Origin: Eledone cirrhosa
Lineage: Eukaryota
Direction: 5' to 3'
DNA length: 64,000 bases
Assembly (NCBI GenBank): GCA_964016885.1
Contig: OZ024745.1
Span: forward strand, 76,632,001 to 76,696,000
Every line of letters starts with the position of its first letter. The stretch's first letter is position 1. A program made the translations under genes and the position numbers. This document shows positions 52,228-64,000 of the stretch, one piece after another. Under the pieces are notes generated by a model, which worked only from the letters and a program-made list of their open reading frames with translations, was not told the DNA's origin and did not search any database.

Positions 52228-53368
52228 CACCAAACTCTTCTCCTCTCTATGTCTATCACACAAAACTCTCTTTTAATCCCTCTCTCTATATCTACTAAAA
52301 CCAAATTCTACCCTTCTCTAAATCTACCACGACACCACCTCTCTTATCCCACTCTCTATATCTAAGACTAATACACTCTCTATAAATATCTACACTTATC
52401 TCTCCAAATCCCCCTCTGTATATCAATCATTCCTAATCTCTCACACTCTCTAATTCTGCTACACGAAACTCCCCCATTATCCCTCTCTGTATATCTACTA
52501 TCACCAAATTATTCCCCTTTCTATATCAATTAGCACCAAAATCTCCCCCTCTCTATATCTACTCCACGGAACTCTCTTCCAATACCACTCGCTATATCAA
52601 TAGACATCAATCTCTCCCCCTCTCTATATGTAATATACAACACACACTCCTAATCCCCCTCTCTATATCTACCATACTATCCCTCTCTCTATATCTACCA
52701 TACAACTCTCTCTTTCATTCCCTCTCATTCTATCCATCCGTACCAAACTCTCCCCCTCTCTATATCGATCAACACCAATCTATCAATCCTCACTCTATTC
52801 ATTACCACCAAACTCTCCCACTCTCTACATCAACCATACAACACTCTCTTCCACCCCCTCTATATCAGTTAACCCCAAATTCTCCCCCTCTCTATATCTA
52901 CTACATGGAACTCTCTTCCAACCCATCTTTCTATATCAATTAGCACCAAACTCCCCCGTCTGTATATCTACTACAAGAAACTCCCTTCCAATATCCTTCT
53001 CTATATCAATTACCACCAAACTCTCCCCCTCTCTATAACTACTATGCGGAACTCCCTTCCATCCCCCTCTATATATATATTAACGTCAAACTCTCCCCCC
53101 TCTGTATATCTACTACACGGAACTCTCTTCAAATTCCTCTCTCTATATAAATAGACATCAATCTCTCCCCTAGCTATATCTAATATACAACACTCTCTTC
53201 CAACCTTCCTCCCTATATCAATTACCACCAAACTCTCCCCTCTCTATATCTATTATACGTAACTCTTTGCCAATCCTCCTCTCTATATCAATAAGCATCA
53301 ATCTCTTTTCATCTCTATATCTAATACACAACACACTCTCCTAACCCCCTCACTATATCAATTACCAC
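52228..53368 (+). repeat. Degenerate CT-rich satellite (CTCTATATC..ACCAAACTCTCCC units), resumes at 59060-59680
   Basis: Recurring ~30-35 bp units on both sides of the LINE. Confidence 0.85.
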
Positions 53369-53569
53369 TTGATATAGACGTGAATTACTTCGCTCCGGAC
53401 TTTTACGGATTATTGTAAAAAAAACTGTCAGTTCATTGCTCAATTTAATAGCATTGTTTAGTTTAACCCTTTGCCTGGGCCTTCAGACATTGAGTCAACT
53501 AATTATCGCCCCTTTCTGGGGCGAAATTTTCATTTTCATCTCAAAACTGTGTAGACTTGGTAGTCAGCA

Positions 53570-55368
53570 ATGGATGCCATTTCCACCTCGCACACTGTCG
53601 TGAGTGCCACGCCCACTAAGAAAAGTGGTGGAGGGAAGGTAGGAGTACAAAGCTTGCAGCCTTCTCCCCTCGCATTATCGAAAGACGTTGAAAATATTGA
53701 AACCACGAAACCAAACCCGGTAAATAATACCAGCACCAACAACAAGAACAATGACAATAACACCACAACCAACAACTGCAACAATAGCAACACCAAGGAA
53801 AACATGAACAATATTACCAACAGTGACAACAACAGCAGCAACAAAAAAGACAACAACACCAAAACAACATTCGCACAGACTGTAAAAAAAAACGAACTAT
53901 ACACGCCAATAGACATAACAAATGCTAAACAACTATTACAAGACGCAAAACAATTCGTGACTTTTGGCGAAAACGGTGCTTTTAGCATCAATTTTCCACA
54001 GGAATTACGTAGAGAGACTGTCCTGAAAACTGTGGTTTTCAGGACAATATCGAACGAAACAAGAAAACCAGCTCAATTATCACAAAATGAAATTGAGCTG
54101 GTTCTAAAAGATGCAATGAAGGACATAACCTTCATACAACCAGTCAACAGTACAAAAGTACTCGGTATCACACATTATGTCCCCCCGCTTCACCTTTTTC
54201 CCCACATACAGGGGAAAAAAGACACAAAGAATAAAAATAATGAGTATCACACCAAATGTAAATATTTGGTGGATACTATGTGGAATCATTGACTTTGATG
54301 AAGACAAGATAATTTCAATAGGAAAGTCCTCCGGAGGTGTATTTGGTGGGACCAGCGTAGAAGTTCTGGTGCAAATGAGCCTAGAACGAATAGCGAATAT
54401 CCCACAACGCGTGCCTCTGGACGCGCTAACTTATATAAACATTTCAGTGGAGGGAAGGCGGTCGTCATGTTACCACTGCTTAAGCAGGGGTCACCTGAGG
54501 GCTGCCTGTCCTCAATTAACGAGTAAAAAAAAGGCTCTTCTGCCAACCCCGAACACAACAACACAACCACCACCACCACCACCACCACCACCACCACCAC
54601 CACCACCACCACAACAACAACAACAACAACAACAACAACCACAACAACACGGAAAAATAACAACACAAAACGCTGTTCCACCTAACACCTCCCCACCTAA
54701 AACAAATACAAAAGCAACCACAACAAAACCCCAAAATATACCCCTCCCTAACAACACGGAAGAGGACTCCGTATCAACGTCACCCAGTGACGAGGGAGAA
54801 CCCTTTCAACAGGTGAAAAGGAAAAAAAAGGCACCACATTAACAAAAATGCCACAAACACACAACCACCAGCACAAACAGACCAAACATCACAAACAAAA
54901 AAACCCATCCCTCCCCAAAACATAACACATACTACAAAACGCAAACACGCACAAGAACAACAAACAAAAACAAACACAACACAAAAACTCTATACATACA
55001 TTAACAAGAACAATAAAACTTTGCTGAAAGCAATAGAAAATAACCCTTCGGTGGAAACCGAAGGGATCACTTTCACCTACGCAGCGAACAAACCGCACCT
55101 AATGATTTTTAGGGTCCCAACGGAAACCTATGTAACTTTGAAAAAGAACCATCCAATGCATGTGGAGACCAACTGCACCAAACCACTTAACCACGTCCTA
55201 TTGAGATGTTTCCCCACCCCCACACCAGACACCCACACCCCACCAAACACAATAATCCCACCACACACTGATGTCCTCACCCCACCACAAACCACCACCC
55301 CACCAAACAACCCTTCCAACGCCCCCATGGAAATTGTGCAGCCTGGTCCCCAGGAGACGAAGAGGTAA
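53570..55368 (+). pseudogene. LINE ORF1 (gag-like, CCHC knuckle), frameshifted
   Basis: CYHCLSRGHLRAAC in 54177-54842; N/T/P/Q-rich linkers. Confidence 0.8.
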
Positions 55369-55410
55369 GTAATTTCCTTTCCTCTTCCTTTTTAACTCTT
55401 CAGCACCAAC

Positions 55411-58400
55411 ATGGCCAATATAAGAGTTGGATGTGTGAATGCACGCGGCTTGGGGATGTCCTGGAAACAGGGCAAACTCTTAAATGACCTTAGGTCGCAC
55501 AGAGTGGATGTAATGGTTATTTGCCAGTCCAGGATCAGCAGCGAGCGCCAACTGGCCCCCATCTTCGACCACTTTGAGATCTACGCATCTCTCTGTCAGC
55601 CGAGAGGTGGGGTGGAGTTGTCGTTCTGCTGCGAAAATACCTGGGTTTTGCCACACAGAAGGTACACCTGGACCCGGAGGGTCGACTGGTGGTTTTAGAC
55701 GTCGGCAGTGGTGAAGGTGGAGCTTTCAGGCTGGTGGCAGCGTATGCCCCATCTGGGACACCGCGACCGGACTTCTTCCGACGCCTGGAGAATTTCCTGG
55801 GAACGTCTCGCTCCTTCCTTTTAGTGGGGGACTGGAATGGTATCCTGCATGCACGTTGGGACTATGTAGGGGCATGTCCCGATAGAGGGGGTGTAACAGC
55901 CTCAAACGATTAATCGGCCGATTTGATCTGGCCGATAGATATCGACTAGATTTTCCGACTGTGCCACTGTGGACGTGGACTAATCGCAGCGGAACATCTA
56001 GGTCGTACCTAGATAGGTTCCTAGTTAGAAATAAGGATAGGGACATATTAAGCTGTCCACGAATGTTCATGGTTGACTATTCGGATCACAAGTTGGTGAC
56101 CGGAGTGGTCAACCTTGATAGAACTCATAGACAGGGACCCGGTTACTGGAAGCTAAACTTGTCTTTACCGACAAACAAAGCTTACAGTAAGCGGATTAGC
56201 ACACTAGTTAAGCAGCGTTTGACGCGGGCAATTGTCAACAGCAGGTGGTGGGGCTCTCTCAAGAGAGAAATTAGAATAGAATCGACAGGTTTTAGTCGGG
56301 AATTAGCATCAGATAGGAATAGAACTGAAAGGGAATTAACAAATAGAGTAGAAGAGGCGATTAGGAGTGGCAACGTGGCCGGCGTGCTGGCGTCAAGAAC
56401 GGCCCTAGACCAGTTCTTTGATGCGAAGCACGAGGGCTGCGTTGTCAGGAGTAAAATACGTGCTCTGGGTAACGAGGGAGACAAAGCTGTTAGCTGGGCC
56501 CGAGTGACAGAGGCAAAAAGTGGAAACAAGTCCACGATTCGGTCTTTGAAGGACCAGGATGGACGCGTGATCCTTGAACCTGAGCGGATGAGCGCGGCTT
56601 TTCAACGGCGCTTTGCACGACTGTTCGGGAGGGGCGGCGGGCCGGGTGGGGCCATGGATTTCTGTCCATACCTCGACGGTATGGCGCGGCTCTCGGACGG
56701 GGAGGCGAAGTCCTGCGAGAGGCCGATTTCAGCCGCTGAAATAGGGGAAGCGCTGAGCCAATGCGGCAAACGCAAATCTCCGGGTCTCGATGGTCTACCA
56801 TACGAACTTTATGTAGCGATGCCGGGCTTGTTCTCCGGTCTCATCTAGGCGGTCTACTGCAACTGGCAACAAAACGGGAGAATTCCCAGTTCTGTGACCA
56901 AGGCCGTAGTCACGCTGGTGAGGAAGGACGAGAACAAGGGGGATGACATAGATAACTTCAGGCCCATTTTGGCAAAAGTGTTAGCGAAGAGGTTGGCGCT
57001 TGTCGTCGGGAACCTGGTGGGAGAAGCGCAGACATGCGCAATCCCGTCCAGGTCCATACACGACAACCTCCACCTCATGCGATACACCGTAGAGAGGGTA
57101 GAGAACGAACCCGGCTTTGGTGGGGCCCTGATCGACTTGGATCAATCTAAGGCGTTCGATAGGGTTGACCATCGGTACCTGGATGCGGTGCTCGCGGCGG
57201 CAGACTTCGGACCCGTTTTCAGGGGCTGGATTGCTGCAATGCACAGCAGCAACATCTGCTCTGGGTCAAGGTGAACGGCTACCTCTCGGAGCCGTTCCAA
57301 ATCACGCGATCCATCCGACAGGGATGCCCTCTCTCCTCCCTCCTGTATGTGCTGGCTCTCGAGCCACTACTGCGGAAGCTGGAGCTGTTGCAGGGCATCC
57401 CCTTGGAACCGGGATTGCGGAAAGCGGTGTCGGCCTACGCCGATGACGTGACAGTAATGGTGTCGTGCGCCTCGGAAATCGGGCAGATCGGCACCTTACT
57501 GGAGGAATATGAAAGGTTCACAGGAGGCAAGCTGAACCGGGACAAGTCCGTCGGTTTGCAACTCGGGACGTGGAGGGGCAAAACGATGCCCTCCGACGGC
57601 ATCGTCGGACGCTGGACGGAGGGACCGGTGAAGCTGCTCGGGGTCTGGTTCGGACCGGACCTCCAGGTGGAGAAAAACTGGGACGAGGTAACGGGCAAGG
57701 TGTTTGCACTCGCCCAGAAGTGGGCCGAGTGCAAACTATCCCTGAAAGGTCAAGCGGAGGTGGCAAACGCTTATATAGTGTCCGTCATCTACTACCGCTT
57801 GACCGTCGTGCCTTGCCCAGAGAAAACACTCGCCAAAATGGAGCGCGCGCTCTTCTGATTTCTTTGGAAGAAGCGTGCTCCTTTGGTGAGAAGATCCATC
57901 TGCTGTCAACACCCTTCATACAGAGGGCTGGGTATGCCGTGGCTGACGATGCGTAGACACGCATTAAGGCTACGGCACCTCCAGGTATTCCTCATCGGTC
58001 AGCCGGTGTGGGCCCTGTTTGTGAGGCGAGCCTTTCCGAGACTCGTCTCACTCACCGAGCTGCAATCCTGGGTCAAGCAAAGACCGAGAAAAGTGGGCGA
58101 CTGGCACATTGAATGTGCCCAGGCGCTCACGGCCCTCTGGCAAGCGGATCCGGCAATCAGAGGAGACTCAACCTCAACATTCTATAGAGGGTTGGTGCGC
58201 AGTAAGTACGACGACGCTCTCGGAGAGGCTCTGGGCATGGAGGAAGATGAGCTGGCCAGTCTGTTCGGTAGGACGTTTGGCCCGGGACCGATGGACAACT
58301 TCCAAAAGTCCCTGGCTTGGCAATGTTACCGAGGAGCTCTACCCGTTCGGGACAAGCTCTACAGACACGGGCGCCCGGGTAGGGACCCCTCGAAGAAGAT

Positions 58401-58818
58401 CTATCCAAGATGCGTGCGTGACGAGGAAACCGTCGCACACGCATTCGTACACTGCCCGGGCGTTGCTGACCTGTGGGGCTATGTAGAACGACTACTGTCG
58501 CGGGTGGGACCAATCCGGTTGACCACCGAGAACATTGTCACGATCAAACCGCCTCCCCCTTTCAAAAACGAAGGAGAGGCGGTTTTCCTCTGTGTGATAG
58601 CCATGGCGAAAGAAGTTGTATGGTGGACAAGGTTGAAAGGGCTGAGGTCAGACACCTTTCTCTCCGGCCAACAACTGGTCTTTTTTTTCAAGTACCACTT
58701 TAGAAGAAGGATCAGAATGGAGAGAGAGGTGCTCTACTCCAGCAAGTTTTATGAAAGGTGGGTGAAAGTAGCGAGAATGGCCCGAGTGAATGGGCCTTCT
58801 CTCTATATCAGCCTGTAG
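55411..58818 (+). pseudogene. LINE ORF2 (APE + RT + C-terminal zinc motif), with frameshifts and stops
   Basis: VNARGL, VGDWN, SYLDRFL, SDH, KSPGLDGLP, DQSKAFDRVDH, RQGCPLS, AYADD, RCVRDEETVAHAFVHC. Confidence 0.92.
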
Positions 58819-60942
58819 GTGAGAGAGGAGAAGAATGAGAAGAGGAAGGAAGCACCCGCTCTTTGTGCTCCTGAAGAGGAGGGTTGCACATTTTTTCGGG
58901 GATGTGTGCGACCCATGTCAACGCCCCTCCCTATTGAGGACATCAATTGTTAAATTTAATTTGTTATATGTTTTTTATACGTCTTTTTAAATGTATGTAA
59001 ACTCCCACCTTTGTATTTGTCCCAATCTTTGATGCCCTGGTGGCAAATAAATAGAAATGTATATAAATTACCACAAATTTACTTCCCTCTCTATATCTAC
59101 CATACAACACTCTTTCTCTCATTCCCTCTCATCCTCTCTATTACTACCAAACTCCCCCTCTCTATATCTACCATACAACACACTCTCTCTCTCTTTCCCT
59201 CTCATTCTATCCACCACTACCAAACTCTCCCTCTCTCTATATCTATCAATACCTATCTCTATCCATCCTCTGACTCTATTCACTACCACCAAAATCTCTC
59301 CCTCTCCATATCTACTACACCGCACTCTCTTCCATTCCCCCTCTATATATCAATTGACGCCAAACTCTCCCCATCTTTATATCTACTACATGGAACTCTC
59401 TTCAAATTCCTCCCTCTATATCAATAAACATCAATCTCTCCCCCTCTCTATAGCTAATATACAACACAATCTTCCAACCTTCCTCTCTATATCAATTACC
59501 ACCAAACTCCCCCTTTCTCTATATCTATCTCTCCCATCTGTCGCTACATAACTTGTATATAATTTGTAGCTTATATACAAATAGATGTGTTTTGGTATTT
59601 GGGGGAGAAATATATAATTATCTTTTCTAATACCACTCTCTATATGAATAGACATCAATCTCTCCCCCTCTCTATATAATTGCGGGTGAAAACCTTAGAG
59701 TTGTTGATGAGTGACTTCTATGTGTTATAGAATGTTCTCCTTACATGTACCGCAATGTTATATAGACCGTTTGCATGAGGCTTGTGGAAAATACTTTTCA
59801 ACCATTCGTTTGGCTGTCTTCGACTGGCAAGAGGTGAAGTATATTTCCTTTACAAGTTAATCAGTATAGAACTAACGAAACTGTAACCAATTATCCAGCA
59901 TATACGTTCGAAATATGATGGGAGTAAATGTAAATGTGGGAAACTTTGATTAGGCAAAGATTAAATTATCTGTTTGTAATCGGTTGCAGTGAAGTAATAT
60001 TCAGATTCAGACCTGTCAGCCTTCCCCGCCAGACGGTGATATCTCACACCCATTTTGGGGTGGGTGAGAGATTTGGCCTCTGTGAAAATGGGTATAGCTT
60101 TCATTATGTAAACTCTCCCCATTTGGAGCACGTTTTTATGGTATTCCACATTTGGGATTTTAGAGGTTGGCAGGTGTGAGATTTAGGGATAAGAAAGAGT
60201 TCTTGTTTGTTGAATTGTCGATAAAAAATATATACAAGATATGAGAGCTAATTATTGTATAAAGTTGGTGTTGGTAAGCTTTTTAGTCCCGATGCAAGAG
60301 TTTTATTCCTTATACAAACGGGGTCGCTAAGGAGGCCAGAATGAGTTAAATACATCGAACTCAAGGAGAATTTGAGGAAATGCAAGAAGTAATCGTTAAA
60401 TAGTTGTTGGTGACAAGCAGAGTCCATGAGCGGCAAAGACAACAGATACTTTTAGAGTAACCTGTAATATTTATGACCAAAGCCTATCTGAGAATTATGG
60501 TTATTGAAAATAGTGAATTCTATGTAAAAGCCAGATGCTATTATTTGCAAAGGCGTTGCGTATGAAAGAAGAATAAATTTGAAGTACCTTTCTTGTATAC
60601 TGAAGAGATTCATTAGAAATAAGTGGACATTTAATCAAACGTAACTCAAATAAAGATTATAGTGTAACTATATTGAATGTAAAGGGAAAATAGATCTCCA
60701 AATAGTGGAGCGTTTGTGTTTTCAGATTTTCAATATGGCTTGTCATATGCCAATTCTTGAAGAAACTCAAAAATTCATAGTGGCGTGCTGACTGATAGAA
60801 TATTTACGATAATATTGCCCCCACGCTCTCTGTCTCCGTCCTTCTCTTTCTTTTCTCTCTCTCGCTTTCATTCTCTTTATAAAAAGAGAGAGGGAGAAAG
60901 AGTGAGAGGGGGAGAGAGACGCGCGTGTGTGTGTTTGTGTGC

Positions 60943-60997
<55 letters not shown>

Positions 60998-62329
60998 CGT
61001 GTATGTGTACTGTGCCGTTTGTTTTGTTATTTTTGTTGTTTACCTTTTACACATATGTGTGTGTGTGTGTGTATGTATATATACTTTACTGATGCATTTA
61101 TATCATTTCATATGAATTTGCTTTCAACTTTGCTTCCGTGTGTCTGTGTTTGGGTGAGTATGCTTCACATTCTGCATGAATGGAGATTATCAAATCATTC
61201 CGGAACGGCGATTCAATGGTTGAAACTCATTCTGAAACACAAAAATGGTAGACAGTAGCTATCTCAGGAAAAGAATCCATAACACTGCGTTGCTCTTCTA
61301 TAGATTATACTACTTTACACCCCCTCCTCATCGTCCACACATGAGTTTCATCACATTTTAAAATATAACGATGCTTCTACTCTAACAAACATGGAACTAT
61401 ACACCATCTATTAAGAAGAGATGCGAATTACGTATACATAATACGATTGTAGTAACCATTTAACTTTAAGAACTACTTATCAACTCTCTGGAGAGGAATG
61501 AAATGATAATTGTATCTTCTCTTTAGTCTAACAAATATATATACACACACAAGCATATAATCATAACAGTGCATATACACACAAACACACAGGTTCACAG
61601 AAGGATATTGCAGCAGAAGAAAGAGATGCACATACAATTTTAATATTGCGATGGTTTGACATTTCTGGCCGATTAAACAAAATAAATAACTCTCATTGTT
61701 AAACAAATAATTCATAGTTAATTTCATGTAAGGGAAGTAATTTCATCTAAGGGTAGTAATTCCGTGTTTTATTTCCGTGTGCGGTCTTGTCCGCGGGGTG
61801 CAGCCCCATTACCGCCGTGCCCTAGGCCCAGAGCCCATCACCCTCCCTCTTCCCCTCCCTACTCTTCTGTGACGCTAGGGCCCTTGCCTTTCTCTTCCTT
61901 CTCCATTCTTTATTTTTTTCTTATTTTACATTCCATTCTTTCTTCTAAATCTATTTTTTTTCCTTTTCTATTAAAATGTTTTTACTATTTAGTAAATTAG
62001 TTTTAAATTTGACTCTTCCCTTTTTTATTATTCATCATCTATTTAGTTTTCTACCATTAGGCTATTGATATCTAACGCCGGCACAATCAATTGTGAGGGA
62101 GGGCAATCATTGTTTAATTAGGTCCATGATAGGTACTTATTTTACCGATCGCTGCTGGAGGAAAAGTTTACATAAGCAGATTTTGAACTGAGGGCTTTAA
62201 AACAGACCTAACAAAATACTAGAAGACATTACAGGCACCCTTTTGTACAATTAAAATATTGATTTAATTTGTATACTTTAGTGGCCAGTTTTTGTTTATT
62301 TCGAAGTCAACAAATTGAATCAATGATTT

Positions 62330-62720
62330 CTAATTTAAGCACAAGGCCAGCAAGATTGTGCAAAGTTGATTAAATCAACCTCAGTACTTGACTGGTACTT
62401 TTATATAATCAACCTCTGAAGGATGAAAGGCAAAGTTGACCACGGTGGGATTTGAACTTATACCACAAAAGCATTTCATTTGACGCTCTACCATTTTAGC
62501 CAAACCAACACCCTCCCCAGAAGCAATAATAATGATTTCTACTATAGGCACAAGGCCAGCAATTTTTTTTTGGGGGGGGGAGGGGAAAGTAGATTAAATT
62601 AATCCCAGTGCATTACTGTTGCTTTATTTTATCGACCTCGACAGGATTTGAACTCTGAACGCAAAGGTTGTTAACTCTATGTTGCAAAGCATGTTTTCCG
62701 ACGTTCAACCGTTACAATAC
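62330..62720 (-). mobile_element. Two tandem SINE copies (family of 6660-6872)
   Basis: GCACAAGGCCAGCAA..GGATTTGAACT occurs twice. Confidence 0.75.
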
Positions 62721-64000
62721 GTTTTATATGAAATAAACAACGTTACTGTTGATTTTTCAGTGAAAAATATATAGCTAATTAAATTTACTTCAAAGTTTTA
62801 ATATACGTATTTATATAACATTGAAAGATGGAAAGGGAATATCGATTCCTGGCGAGATTAGAACTGCTATCAGTAAATGACTGAATTAGATAATATTAAA
62901 AGACACTTGAGCTAGCTCTGTTTCTTCTGATTTGTGAATTTCCGATCTCTTCTTTTTAATGTGTGAATTTACACCAATCAGTTATTTGATGTGTGAATTT
63001 ACACCAATTAGTTATTTAAAACGTGTAAATTACCCAAAGAGATTATTGAAAGTAGAATTAAATTATGTTGAAACAATTTTATATGGACAACCCGTTATAT
63101 TCCTGTTAATCTTGATCTGTAGATTTCCTTCATGGGAATTCTATAATTTTAAACAATATGTTTACAGCTGTAAGCTTTTAACATCGCTATGTTCTTTAAT
63201 TCGCAAATAACATTATAGCATCTAATTAAATGTGAAGTACAGAAAACAGATTTTAGATCTTACATCTATCCAACAGTTTTCTGAGAAGAACTATACTTCC
63301 AACACCAGTTAGCAATATGCAGTTGAAATGCTTTTGCTTATTTTATTGTATAGTTAGAAGAACAGAGGCGTTAACTATAGCCGATTCCATCTCTAACAAT
63401 GTTGAGGTGGATATAGTTGGTATTTCACCTGAACGTCTGTAGGACGATGCCAGAATGGTAAATGTGGCCTCGACATCTATTCCAATGGGCTTCAGTGATG
63501 AGAAGGACGGGCTGAGTAAAGGTTTGTGAAGTGAAAATAGAATAAGTAAAGCAATGGAAGGAGAGTGGAGGACGTTGGGTGGACTCGAGTTGGGATGATA
63601 CAAGTAGCTCAGAGGAGCAAAAACTGTTGTAGTTATGGGAGATGAGAGAGTAAAAGAGAAAGAAATTAGTATGGAAGGAGTGGGAATGTGTGTGAGTGAG
63701 TGAGTGAGTGAGTGAGTGAGTGAGAGAGTACAAATCATATCGGTAGGTTAGGGAGAACAGTTCGTTTGGCACGTGAATGTTTACTTAACACGAAGCCTAA
63801 TTTCACAACAACCCTAAATACATATAAACATGACTCTGCATTTGCAGCACTAAACTAGTTTATATCACTGATAAAGTATCCTAGATGTTGAGGTGCTACT
63901 TTGGAAATATTAATGCGTGGCCATCAATAAAGGTCATCAGTTTTGTAAAGTTTGGTATCTTAGAATTTGGGAAAGTTTAAGTTGCGTGTTATTTCATGAA

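Larger units (their letters stand above)
53369..59059 (+). mobile_element. Near full-length Tx1/L1-like LINE, disrupted
   Basis: ORF1 plus ORF2; candidate 15-bp TSD TATATCAATTACCAC (53354-53368) / TATATAAATTACCAC (59060-59074). Confidence 0.9.

Noticed and set aside
63343-63772. Possible host exon on the minus strand
   Set aside because: No recognisable domain, the ORF starts in a microsatellite, and splice signals are weak; it needs RNA-seq or homology evidence.

Overview
This is AT-rich, microsatellite-dense eukaryotic DNA with no convincing host gene. It is probably from an octopus or other cephalopod, inferred from the SINE family and the (TA)n/(CA)n load. The window is almost entirely mobile elements: two head-to-tail, near full-length R4/Dong-like RLE LINEs bounded by (TATG)n (8.3-16.6 kb); a near full-length Tx1/L1-like LINE inside a CT-rich satellite (53.4-59.1 kb); several Penelope-like element (PLE) remnants with RT and/or GIY-YIG; an internally deleted mariner; hAT-like MITEs; RTE-derived non-autonomous elements; and SINEs. 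The main signal is invisible in the ORF track. More than 20 type I hammerhead ribozyme (HHR) motifs, found by eye, belong to roughly a dozen short non-coding families that mostly sit in (TA)n tracts as tail-out inverted pairs. They include a highly structured ~424-bp HHR unit in tandem (candidate retrozyme/circRNA), HHRs with covarying 3-8 core pairs (U3-A8, and A3-U8 plus an insertion), and a similarly arranged element carrying a tRNA-like cloverleaf. All folds were derived manually, and ribozyme activity is untested.
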